Assembly: GCA_965153455.1 (NCBI GenBank) | Contig: OZ234493.1 | Span: 28,758,213-28,822,212 of the forward strand | Reading direction: 5' to 3' | DNA from: Sphagnum compactum | Lineage: Eukaryota | DNA: 64,000 nucleotides | Part shown: in pieces, positions 40,583 to 53,224 of the stretch | Position numbering within the stretch: the stretch's first letter is position 1 | Layout: each line of letters begins with the position of its first letter | Notes under the pieces: model-generated | Database searches by the model: none | What the model was told of the DNA's origin: nothing | What the model saw: only the letters and a program-made list of their open reading frames with translations | Made by a program: the position numbers and the translations under genes

Positions 40583-41139
40583 GTCAGGATCCATGTTGGT
40601 CTCTTATTGAGGAAAAGTTTGTTACGAACCCATGCATAAACCCTAACTGCAGGGTATTAAAATCTGCAGACACTCCTAATACCTTTTTGCCTGAAAATTA
40701 TATTTTCAGGGAGTTAGGGTTAATGTTTCTTGTATCATGCCAAATCTTTCTTTGCAAGGGTTTAAACCAGCCACCAGGTGCCCCCTGTTGGTGGGAGGAG
40801 GCAAATTACAAGTTTGTGAATGGAGCAATATGGAGCCTGTTAAGGAGGAGCAAATGTGTTTCTTGTCAGACGAGTTTTTGAACTGAAGCATACAAATTTT
40901 GTGGGTAGAACAATCAGTGGGATATCAATTTGCCAAATGTGGACGTAATCATTGGTTATTGGGGAAACTTTTAGAACAAATAAAATGCATAAGTTTGAGG
41001 ACTTGAATGAAATGTCATAATGAAAAACATCAGGAGACACATCCTATGTTATCGGTATTGGATATTTTAGATGGTTTTAGGCAGGTTTTGTTACGTGGAA
41101 ACAATGTCAACAATATGCAGAGTTGGAGAGCTGGACATC

Positions 41140-41319
41140 GACCTCCAGAACCAACCATTTATGATGTCCCTGATTTGCTGCATGGTCTTTGCATCCTTCA
41201 GGACACAGCCTACCAGAGTGGAAGGTAGGGACCTGCAGAACCAACCATTTATAATGTCGCTGATTTGCTGCATGGTCTTTGCATCCTTCAGCACACTGCC
41301 TACCAGAGTGGGAAGGAAG
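41140..41319 (+). repeat. Tandem duplication, 2 x 90 bp
   Basis: GACCTSCAGAACCAACCATTTATRATGTC.CTGATTTGCTGCATGGTCTTTGCATCCTTCAG.. starts at 41140 and again at 41230. Confidence 0.9.
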
Positions 41320-43959
41320 GGAAAGTGTCCAATGTTTTCATTTGCACTATTTCTTAGTGCATTATTGTGATACTGCAGAGGAGAGGTGTGTGAATTTGGA
41401 TCAGCTCATTGTTGTTGAGCACTTTCATGCGAGTAGAGAGGCATTTCAATTGTTTGTTGAGCTATCAAGCACAAAAGGGAATTCTGACAGTTCCAATCCA
41501 ACAGTCTTCTCAATTGTATTACACGTTATGTGCTGAATGAGGTGAACTCCAAGGGATCTTCTGAAAAAATCATCATGTTTGTCCAACGTGCATCTTCCAA
41601 ATGCCTCTTCCACAAGTGAAGGCACTGCACACTCAGCCCTTGCAGCGGTTAGGCAGAAACAACAAAAGTCAAGATGTTTAATGTGCAGGTTTTTTTCTGG
41701 TAGCTACTGAGGCTATTGCATGAGACAGGAACCCTAAACAGTATATTTCTGATCAGAAACTAAAAGATCCATGCCTTCGTTATTCTCAAAACAGTTGAGA
41801 ATATGAGCTGTAAGTTTCACAAATGTCTGTGGAATCTTCGTATAGTTTGCTTTCAGATTGCAATTAGCAATGCATGCTATCAAGTGCTTGATATACTTGT
41901 CTTTTTGCTGGATTACAGTCTTCAGGAGATTCTTACGTCAAACAAACTGTGACTCCTTTTCTATTATTATTTATAAGGAGAAATGTGGGCTCATTCCTTA
42001 GGGGTCTGCTTCTTTTGTGTTTCTAGGGCAAAAGGTTCTGGTCTCAGCAATTTTCAGGATTGGAGCATTCCATGTTTACATGACTTTAGTTTCAACTAAG
42101 TAAAGACCCATTTAGTTACAAGTGTGTGCAGATCCACAATAGCATGTAATTATTGGTTTACATTCTTTGTTTGAGTAATTCTGGCACCCTTTGAGTTCAC
42201 TGCAAGCACTCTGTTAGTGTAATGGACTTTCCTTTGTATGCCCAGAGGATACTCTTTGAAGTTCCTATCAATTCAATATTTGATAACCTATGTGTAATCT
42301 GCCATCATGGAAATATTGTATTCTCCATCAATCATGCATTTTGGATTTTTGGTCGAATTCTGAGCAGACGATACATCAAACTCAACAATGTGCAGGTGTG
42401 GATTATTTTTTCTTGGCAGTTGCAAAATACCAACAGCATGCTGAAGAGGACAACTATTCCTGGTGATAGTGATATACAGGATGTTCTTCATTGAGTTGGT
42501 ACATGTTTTCCTACATGCGGCGTGGGAGAGTTTTTGAACCCATCACAACTTGCCAAGTGAAATACACTTGGAAGACAGCAGCATGGGGTGTACAGTTTAT
42601 CAATTTCTCCAAAACACTTGGTAACTGTATAGCAATCCAGTACAAACTTGTAGAATTTGATTAAATCCACCACCATTTTGTTGTGTTTTTCAGTTCAGTG
42701 TGTTGTTGTCTTGATCTGTGTGATCCTTAACGGCTGTTGAAGGGGCTGCTGCTGTTGCCTTTGGCATGACCTCATGCTGCATTACAATTATACAACATTA
42801 GGAATGATGATGCCAACAGAATCAAAGTTGTTCAAGTTTGGCTCACCAAGCTACAGAAATTGTTGGATCTGGGTGTTGCAGATCTAAATTGGAATGCATT
42901 GGGTATCCGTAATTTTGTCAAAAATTACACCACTGCCATCAATGACTTCAAGTCCCAGATTTTTCAGTTCTGTTAAATGCTCATCTTAAGCGTCTGATAT
43001 TTTACATTTTTAAGTCCCACCTATAGTGCACCCCACCCCTATAGCATAGCTGATCATGGCAAGCTCACTCCCTGAGCTTGCCAGAAACTATGCAATGTAC
43101 TATGGAATGGTCAAGCCCTTGCCCATTATGTTTGGTAAGGTGTCAGCAAACCCATTAGGGTGTAACTGGCTCGCTTGCAGGCTTACTCAACATAATGTGG
43201 AAGATTGAGGTCGCTCCACAACATTAAGGTCAGCGGTGGAAGATTCAACAATTTAGAAAAAAACATCAATGTTCAAGAGACACACAAATATGATCCATCA
43301 TGCTTTGCAAAACTCCATCATTGCTGCAACATTTGTTGATCTGCTAATCCCTAATCTACAAACCTCAACAAACCCAGGCAACAACAACAACACATCATCA
43401 ACCACACCACCTACAAATCATAATATGAAAACTCTTTCCAAGTATAACTGTTGTTTATTTTTACATGTTTGGAAGTGGCAAACTACAATCAAATTTTGAT
43501 AACGTGTCGGGTATTTTCATAACAATGTCTGAAATTTTATACCATTTTATAACACCTTGATAAATTTGACATTAATCTATCTAATGAGCATAAAATATTC
43601 AAAAGCATAAAATATTCTTTATTAAGAATTGTAACTAATGCTTTTAATTGTGCAATTTAAGTAATGTAACCGATGTAAAAATCAATAAAGCGATTAGCTT
43701 GTCAATTCCTTGTTAAGAATACTTGCTAAAGACACATAATGGTGCTTGTGGGTCATTATATCATGTTTGGACCAAGTGTTGGTTGGTTATTGTTTTTTCT
43801 CTAAATAACCATTGGATAGGATTTTAAATATATATAAAAATTGGGACGACACAAGTTATCAATATCAATATCTTTAAAATAGTTGTTAGGTAGGTTATTG
43901 AAATTTGGGGAATATTCAGTGTGCCCAATATAGTGTAATATCTAAGTATTGACTATTAC

Positions 43960-45620
43960 TTGTAATGGGAACAATGGATAAAGAATGATAAAACACTTGT
44001 GATTTGGGTTTTTGGGTATGCAAGATTTAGGACTTTCCGTTACCTTGTAGCATTTGACAAAGGTGACGAAACTTACTCAAATTAGACCTACCCTTTTCAA
44101 AGATGGATTGCTTGGAAACAACTTTAATGGTATTGGTTAAAGCGCCAACATTCAAAGCTTAACATTTGACTTGAAATTTGTAGGGCACAAGGTTTGACAA
44201 GTCAATCATGTAGCATCCTCTACTAAAATTTGTAAACATTATACAAAGCTAACCACATTTGGAACTCAAATGAAATTAGGATTCATTATGTTGAAAATTT
44301 GGGGCAAATGTTATGGCAAGAAGGGGTTCACATTAAATTTAGAGCACCATTCCAAATCCAAGGAAGGGTTGATAGTAAACCATGTTGTGAACGCAACAAG
44401 GGGTTCCTCATTTGGACTTTACATATTCAAAGGTGAATGGATTATAGATTGTTACATTAGACATTGCAAATCAAGGACACAGGTGAAAGCACATTACAGT
44501 GGTTAAAAAATGTTGTCACACTTTTTTTTTTTCGAAATTGTGCAACTTTCAACTTCCACCAAATCAATTGTCAAATAATGTAAATTGTTAAAAGAAACCA
44601 ATTTTTTTATATTATATGATTAAAAATGTATTTGTGATAAAATAAAACATGTAACAATATATTGCAAAATGCAAATATACTTTTGGAATCATTCAAATAA
44701 TTGCAAAACTTGATGAAATAATTAGTTACATATTGAATATGAGTTGATTGTACCATTTCAATTACAATTGAAATTTTTGATTTATTTGATTTCATAAAAA
44801 ACATTTGGACAAGTTTTTCTTTCAAATGGAGCATAAGTGTGTTAAAAAATTACTTTCATTTGAAAAATAATAAGAATTATGCTAGAGGCTTCTATACCAA
44901 AATCCATTTTATATATTTATCAAAATGCCAATGAAATCAAAGGAAAACTATGTAAAACAAATTCAAAATGAACCCAAAAAAGTACATTTTCTTGCCCAAA
45001 GCAACCCCCCCCCCAATAGTGTGCTTTCACTCACATGCATGCCAATGTAAACAAAAACATGGATGACAACTTTCTCATTCACGAAATTCTTTCATTTTTT
45101 AAAAGGTCAATTCCAAAGTGCATTTTTCCATCAAATTAACATTTATCAGTTCTAGACGGGCATGGTTCACATGTTATGTTAAAAGCTAGAAAACAAACAC
45201 AACAATTTCAACTAGATGTGATCACCTTATCTTCTCACACTTCCCATGTTTCACAACCTCTAGATGTGAATTGTTCCAAACCTTTCAAACTACTTTTAAG
45301 AAAAGAACAATATGCCATGGTTATAAACAATATTCATTGTGAACTAGACAAATGCACACTTACTAATTGGGTGGACAAGACTTTAGATCTAACCTTATCC
45401 CAAAAAAATCATGAGTGAGTTTAAAGGAATAGGAATTTGGCCACTCAATCCCAAGGTCATAGATCATAGGACAAGACAAATTGATGCATACACAATAAAA
45501 TTTGTTAACATTTCATATGATGACAATGATGTATTTAATGGAACAATTGATGAAAGTTAACAATGGGGGGAGGATGGAACTACTACATAGTTAATGAACA
45601 TAATAACTATTCTAGATTAT
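43960..45620 (+). mobile_element. Degenerate pogo/Tigger-like (DDE_1) transposase remnant
   Basis: VLDGHGSHV (~45150), SHTSHVSQPLDVNCSKPFK (~45230-45290), WMT (~45060) and FKGIGIWPLNP (~45420), with upstream HTH-CENPB-like remnants (~43990-44160). Many stops. Confidence 0.8.
44480..45033. mobile_element. TIR insertion within the DDE_1 transposase remnant
   Basis: GTGAAAGCACATTA (44483) ... TAGTGTGCTTTCAC (45030). Removing the insert joins TCA AGG ACA to TGC ATG in the host frame. Confidence 0.7.
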
Positions 45621-46589
45621 GTAAGAACATAATTGTAATTTGTTGACCAAAAGCCAATAGATAATTTGAGATACTATTGTAATACATGAACATTTTCAGC
45701 ATAAATTAAATTATTTTTCATTTTGCCAAATTTTTGAAAAAACTTTATTCCTTATGTCAAAAAAACTATAATTATTAAAAAATTAAGAATCTACAAGTTC
45801 TCGACTATTGAATAATGTTAGGTCGGATAATTTGACTATTTGGAATATGATGTGTGGAAATGTCATTGAGTTTATGTATTGTTGCGAAATAAATTAAACC
45901 TATGGAAACCATTATTGACTGCCAATTGACTTAGATGGACCCAATCACACTTGTGAAGTCCATAATTTTAATAATGGAATTCAAGTTCCTTTGCTTTTGG
46001 CTAATATGTTGTCCTTACCACATTTGCTTGTAAGGAAAACAAAAGGAAAAAAAATGTTAATACATTACAACCAATCACACATATTCACATTTAATGAATA
46101 TTCATAGATTCTACAATTAAAATCCTTGGACAAGGAGGCAACACATTATTAGGGAGCAAAGATAGAAGGAACAAAGGAAGGTTAAGCAAATTGTTGATTC
46201 ATTCGTTGCGACTAAGAAAACAACTCAAAATCTAGTAGAAAAATGTGCCAAATTTTATTTTAACAATGTTTGGTTTGCAATTGTAGTGAGAGAGGTGGGG
46301 AGCAAATTTCATAGTAATTTTGTTGTAGGTTTCAAAGCCCACCCATGAAATATTGGGTTTCCATAAAAGGCTCAAAAAATAGCAAGGGCAAGGGCATGAA
46401 TGGCTCAACAAAAATCCAAGGGCCATGTTGAACAAGGTTGCAACAAACCATTAATCCATGAAAAAGTGAAGATGGGGGGGGAAGGGTGGGCAAGGGGGGG
46501 GGGGGGGGTTTCAAGATTATGAAAAAAAGTAGCACAACATACATAAACAAAGACCAACACAATGATGCAAGAACAACAAAACGATGATA

Positions 46590-47335
46590 AAGAAGAGGTG
46601 ACAATTAAGAGACATTGATCAACAATAAAAGATGATAATTAGGAAGAGGCGAGGATGAACAATAAAAGAGGATGATCAAGAAGAGGTAGTGATCAACAAC
46701 AAAAAATTGAAATAACAAGGAGGTGCCCATGACCAATAGAAGAGAACAATTAAGAGGAGGTGTCGATCAACAACAAAAAAACAAAAATTAAGAGGAGGTG
46801 GTGATCAACAATAAAAAATGACGATCAATAGGATGCAAGGATCAATAATAGAAGACGATGATCCAGAAGAAGTAATGGTGACCAAAAAAAGAGAATGATC
46901 AAGAGGAGACAATGATCAACAACAAAAGATGATGATTAATGGAGGCGTTGATCAACAATAGAAGAGGATGATAAAGAAGAGGCACCCATCACCAACACAA
47001 AATGATGATAAAGAGGAGATAAAGAGGAGGCACTCATCACCGACAAAAGAGGATGATCAAGAGAGGCACTCATCACCAACAAAAGATTATGATCAAAAGG
47101 AGGTAATGATTAATAATCAAAAATGATAATCAAAAGAAGGCGACAATCACAAATAGAAAATGACTATCACCAATTGAAGAGGACTATTAGGAGGAGGTGC
47201 CCATCACCAACTAAAAATCAGAAGGAGGTACCCACCAATAGAAAAGATGATTAGGAAGAAGTAATCATGATCAACAATACAAAAGAAAATCAGGAGCAAG
47301 CAAGAAGATTTCCTAGAAGGTGACGATGAGAAAGA
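46590..47335 (+). repeat. Degenerate purine-rich minisatellite (~33-36 bp unit)
   Basis: Roughly 20 recurrences of GATCAACAAYAAAAGAKGAYRATCAAGAGGAGG-like units. Stop codons break the reading frames. Confidence 0.75.
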
Positions 47336-50036
47336 CCAACATGGATGTACACTAGTAGTGTGCAAAGAGAGGGAAAATAGCTAAAGGAAAGTTGAACAAT
47401 TGAACATGATCACACTAGGCCCATGAGATTGTGCAAAAAGTGTGGTGTCACTTGAAACTTTAAGGTTACACAAATGACACATTGCTCATGATCATACATC
47501 TTGTGCACATTTTTTGTGACAATGATTTCTTCCATTGATGGAAGATAAATGTTTTTACATAAATAAATTCAAACTTTTCACATTCATCCATTTTTGTCAA
47601 GGGTCTATTTTTGTCCACTTATCAAATTTTGAGTTTTCATTGGGAAGCCACAAAGTGTTTATTCATAGGAATGTTAAGTGTTTGCTTAAATTTTATTTCA
47701 ATGGAGAACATTCCGTTGGAGAGGCATAATTTTCATGTCTTTCCACCCAATTAGGCAATTCAAGCGTCTATGGATGTGCCCAAAGTTGAAACACAAGTTT
47801 TCTTTCAACCCCATAGGCCAAAAAACCACTCCTAATGCACATTTTTTCTTGGAGTCCTTATGTATTTGATGACCGGCCTGGCTACCCTAGTTGTTGAACA
47901 AAGGCAAACTAAACTCCATCAAAAGATGAATAATGATGATTAACTCCCAACTTTGCCATGTAACCTTTAGTGTTCATTAACGAAAAGCCAAACGTTAAGC
48001 AAAAGAAAGAGCCAAAACTAGTTTGTAAAAGTACATGATGTCAAGTTAATGTGTGAACAAAGCTTTAACGACACGAGGTTAGTAGTTGGTATGTTGGAGG
48101 AATTCCTTCACACTAGGGTAGATAGGTTAGTCATCGAACATTTAACAACTCATAGAGTCGGGGTTCAGTGACCATGTATTTGATGGCCTTGGTGTTTCAA
48201 GACTTTTGGTAGGGCACTAGTCTAGTCACCAATAGCCTTTTACAAACTCCAAATTAAGTACAAAATACAAAAGTTGGGGGTTCTCAAACTGGGTGGGGTC
48301 TTTGAAAAAAAAACTGCCATGAAACACATTTCAACCTAATACTAGTGCATTTAATTCCTCATAACCGGTCACTATACACCCTATACATGTAGCCTTTCCC
48401 CTTACCAACCGTGAAAGCCATACTTAAAATACAAGATGACTATTTGCAATACCAAAACACATTTGTATTAAGACCAAAAATTCCCAAATAAATTCGCCAT
48501 CAGCTGAAGTGACCATATGACTCTATTACCAATCAATTGCTTGCTACTTGAAATGACCAAATACCCATTACCCCATTTCTAAGCATCCTTCTAAGTTATA
48601 CTATCTAGCAAAGAGAGGGAGAAATCATTGTTGAGTGGGTATTTTGGTTGCTATTTCCCAAACTTGGGAGAGATGTATTGTGGGAACTAACTCCTTTTGG
48701 GTTGGTAAAGGGGGTTTGGAGAATGGATGTAGTAGGCTAAATGGGAGATGCATTTGAATTAATTATGTGAACAAGTGAACTTCACTTAAGAACTTGTAAG
48801 TAAATTGGGGACTTGAGTTCAATCTAGTGAAGTGTGAGTTGCTTCATCATGGCTTCCTCCTGGCTCCAATTGTGCTGTAACATTCATATGATAGTACTGT
48901 TATGGCTGAAATCTTGTTCCAGTTGGGGACTCCGGTTTTTCTTTTCCCTTTATTCATGAGATGTAAGTACATGTACGATATGAGGTAGGTCTTAGATCTA
49001 GATAATGTACAACGCGGGTTATTTGGGAAATTCTTTGTAATGCACAGCACTTCAGCATGTTCCCCCTGGTCACAAAATTTGCTAGAAACAAGGGCCTCTA
49101 GTTGTGGATTCTTGAGAATGAAAGGATCAATATCAACATGCAGTATCCACCAGGGATCATGAAGTGTAAGGAATGCTCTACATTTACCCAAATGGAATGG
49201 GATGAGGCATCATTGCAAATGCTCCCATGGACGCATCCATTGTTTAAGTTCCATATCCTGCAAGCAAACCAGTTATTCAGATAAAGTTGCAGAAAGCCAG
49301 AAACAAGACACACACACCAGAGCCAAGATGGTATATCAGATTCTGAACCCCATGCTCCAACAGTCCTTTGCATCCTTAGAAAATCACCATAGCTAAGCAG
49401 AAGCAGAACAGAACAGTTTCCCCTTTTGTAATTCTTGAATCACACATAAGTCTTCCTGTAAAGTATATGGTATAGAGGCTTTGCTCTTCAATGCCATCAC
49501 GAGCATATAGCTAGCTTGGCTCTCAACTACATGATCAACCAAGTCTTCTTATAGAGCTAAAATACAATCTTTCATGGGCTGGGTTTATAACTTCCAGATT
49601 GTGTTGTACATTCAGGTCCTGTATGGCATAAGACAAAACAGCTTTGAAGAAGCAAATTTAGGATCAAGAGGCAGCTGGCAAAAGCCATTTTGAATCTAAA
49701 ACTGTTGAAAAGAGTGAAAGATTACCTAATCTATGTATGAAATCATGAAGATCCAATACTTACACAGAACTCTAGAACCGAGCAGCTATGGTAATGTAAG
49801 GCTTCAAGTGCAATCTGCTTAAAGAATAGTACCTGGATTCTTGGGTGGAGATAGGCTATCCTGCCAACATGCTTGCAGAATTAACTAACTCTGGAATTGC
49901 ATAATGGGAGTAGATGTGCACTGCTTAAGCAGTTCCATCCCGTTGAGGGATATTGGCCTCCTTGCCCAAGTAAAAGGCTTTCAGCTTTGTAGCATTGTTG
50001 AGCATGCTTTTCTGGTTAGGGCTGTCAAAGGAGAAC

Positions 50037-52280
50037 TCATTTAGTTATGGTTGGTATGCTGGAGACAATGTACTCGGTGTCTTCTGGAGTGGAACTCAAG
50101 ACCAAAGTGCGAGGGCTGGATTGGGTTGAACTTGAAGTTGCACTCACACTTTGCTGGTGGTTGACAGAGGAAGACCGTCGTGATCCAAAGCTCTTGAACC
50201 TGCTCCAGATGGAAGGTGAAGACTCATGACTCATGTTGCTAATGCTGCTATGATCAGTACTGCTGGATGACTCAGAGGATGTGAAAGATGCTGATGACAT
50301 GGAATCTGCAAAAGTTGCTGGACCTGGGGTTGGTCCCAGAGATCGGATAGTTTCTGTGGAGCAGCCGTCATTCTTTATTCTCAACACATGGCACTTCAGG
50401 TGCTCAGAGTAGTACATTTTCTTTTCTTTCATTGCATTCCTGCAACATCAGATTGGTCACATAAACTGTGAGCCTGATGAGTTCAACAACATCATATAGC
50501 AAACCTTGATCTCACAGGAGGAACTTGATCATGCTCCACTTGCAAAAAGCAGATGTAAGAAGAAAACATTGTAAGACAAAAAAAACATTGATGTATGTGC
50601 CACTGGGCGGCAGTGAAAGACAAAGATAAAACCTGTCAAAGATGACCCATGTTGCATGCAATGATTCTGCTTCTTGCACAACCGTGACTCTGGGAAGAGC
50701 TCCTGGCACTATCCGAGTTGACAGCTTCACCTGGAATTCAACAAGATGGCAAAGTATATCTAAATCTACTTGCAGAACGATGATGTTCATGACCAGATGA
50801 TGAATCATCAAAAACTTTGACTCTTTTGACATCTTGTTTGTCATAGTGGGTGGTTTTCAGAAAAGTTGTGAACCCATTCATTCATTGCCTTGTACAAAGA
50901 TAGAATGCTTGGAAAAAAGGGACAGATGAAAGAAAGATGTTGAGCAGGGGTGAAGGGAAACCCTAATAAAACCTTCTTCTTGGCACATATTTGTCCCCGA
51001 CCATTGTTCAAAATCATTTTTTCAACCAGCTGCTTCCTCTCCACCATCTCCCCTTTCAGACACTTCTCATTGACTCCAATGAACTTGGTAGTATCTGCTA
51101 ACATCTTGTGTCCCACTGCCCAAAACCCACAAAAGAAATCTTGTTCAGTTTGGAACTTCAATTTTTTTTGGCTGCAAAGAAAGGCAGCAAGAATCTACGA
51201 AGGTAGATTGGTAGTACACTTCCGGATTATTTTGTTTCTTCTTCTTCTTCTTCTTCTTCTTCCGTATGGGGAAGAAGAAATCATGTAGGTGAAGATTTAC
51301 GTACTTGGACTCATGACATGTTGAAGATAACCCACAACGATGATCTCGTCGCCTTCCTTCACAATCGTATTGATGGCATAATCCAAGCCTGTTGTTGTGG
51401 GTTTCTTTTCAGCATCGTAAACGACCATCACAACAATGTTGGGAATTGAAGGAGGAGCATCTGCAGGTGGACCACCATCACCACCACCACCTGAGGAGCC
51501 TTTCTGCCCGGAAGCAGCAGCTGGTTCGCCGCTCTCCTGCTCCGTTGCTGCTGCAACAGGCTCCACTACTACTGCTTCTTCTTCTTCTTCTTCTTCGACT
51601 ATTTTTTCGCGACGCTTTTTCAATTCCGGGAACTCGCTAAGATACAACACCGGAGGCGACGACGGATCGTGCTCATCGATATTATTCGTACAGTGCTCTT
51701 CCGGTGGCACGGAGCTCACTACTTCTGTCTGCTTGTCTTTGGGCAATGGCTGAAGCTCTGTTGGGGATGCCCCGGAGCTTCTCTCAAGTAACAACGAGCG
51801 CATGGGATGCAGGATTTTGCTGCTGGGACTGTGCATAGTCTCCATGTAATACGGCTCCTGATACCCAGTCTTCGTTATCTGCACCTCCAAGGATGAGATG
51901 TCCATGCTCGTCCGCCTTCGCCGTGACAAGAACCCATCATGATGCATACCAGCGGCAGCAGCAGCGCCATGATCATCATCGGGTTTATTAGACTCTTCAG
52001 CACCAGCACCACGACGAGGATTTCTTGGACCAAAACTGAGAGACGATTTCCTCACAAGCTCCTGCGCACGCCTGGAGAACTGTTGATAAGGAGAAGCCGG
52101 CTGCCCTTCTTCTTCTTCTTCTTCTTCTTTTTCTTCTTCACCAAGTCTTGCCTCACCACCACGACGTCGTGGAGCTAACTGCCATAGGCTGGTATCCGCG
52201 AGCTCCTCAGCATCGTCAGGAGCGGACACGGGCCTCCGCGACCTCATGGGTGCCATTCCTCTGTCAGGTTCTAAACTCAT
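50037..52280 (-). CDS. USP-like (adenine nucleotide alpha-hydrolase-like) domain protein related to the N-terminus of plant USP-kinases; no kinase domain
   Basis: Phase-consistent exons 52280-51305, 51115-50973, 50730-50633 and 50439-50037. They give VMVVYDAEKKPTTTGLDYAINTIVKEGDEIIVVGYLQHVMSPMGHK..VKLSTRIVPGALPRVTVVQEAESLHATWVIFDR..YYSEHLKCHVLRIK followed by a Ser-rich tail. Confidence 0.82.
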
Positions 52281-52651
52281 TCAGCTCTCTCCTATCTAAA
52301 GCTCAGGATTTTCTTTTTCTTTCTTGATCTTCAAATGGCATATAGCCACACTCGCTCACTCACTCTCCTTGTGAGGCTGCCTCCTCCTCCTCCTCCTCCT
52401 CCATGGATACTGCGTGCATTGGAAGGGTCTTGTTGCAAACTGCTCCGAATCACTCTTGTTCCCTACTCTTCGCACAAGTCTTCAGAGCTCGGAAAAAAGA
52501 AAAAGAAAAAGAAAAAAAGGAAACAACTACCCTTCTTCGAGAATTTGGCTTTTGATCGTCAATTCAACAGATCAGCTGCACAAATTCGAAATTTCTTCCA
52601 AGAAATTCCTGATTAGAGAAACATCTCCAATGTCCGTCCTTCCGTCCATCG

Positions 52652-52689
<38 letters not shown>

Positions 52690-53014
52690 AGATTCTTTGT
52701 TTCCTCGTGGGGTTCAAGACCAACCGCAGCTACATTAAATAGTCAAAGTCAAAGCTTTCATCCATCTCTCACCCAGCACGTTTCCCGATTCCCAGTCAAA
52801 ACAAAAACACGATAAAGGAGACAACATCATCATCGTCGTCGTCGTCGTCCAGGAGCTTGCTTCCAGGGGACTCGGAAGGAAGGAATGAACTCCCACAAAA
52901 TTGCAACAAATATCAAAATCGTCGTATACTCTCTCTCTTTCTCGAAACGATTCATCGTCGACAACACAGGAGGACTCGGTTTTTGGTCACTTATTATTAT
53001 TGTTATTATTCTTG

Positions 53015-53048
<34 letters not shown>

Positions 53049-53224
53049 GATTCTTCCTCGATTGCGGGAGGACGCTGCTTGCTGCATAATTGCCTCCAAC
53101 AAAATCCCACTGGAAACACCAGCGCCAATACCGCGTAGAGCTCGACTCTGATGCCAAATTCGATTCTTGATTCGGCACCGACTAGGGTTCCGCGTTACCG
53201 ATTGCGGAAATGACATACGACGGC

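Larger units (their letters stand above)
39780..42965 (+). pseudogene. Decayed fragment of an axonemal dynein heavy chain (DNAH10 / Chlamydomonas DHC1-like), N-terminal tail region
   Basis: Collinear peptide remnants: ALWMGWLL (~40020), IGDAVSMKL (~40118), EPTIY/MSLIC (~41148), EAFQLFVEL (~41440), INSIFDN..FGRI (~42270-42360), MLHYNY..PTESKL../LQKLLDLGVADLNWNALGIRNFVKNYTTAINDFKSQ (~42775-42958). Interrupted by frameshifts, stops and an insertion. Confidence 0.7.

Noticed and set aside
48847-49373. RIWNLNNGCVH WD40-like snippet on the minus strand
   Set aside because: Isolated motif with no further repeats; probably 3' UTR or intergenic sequence.
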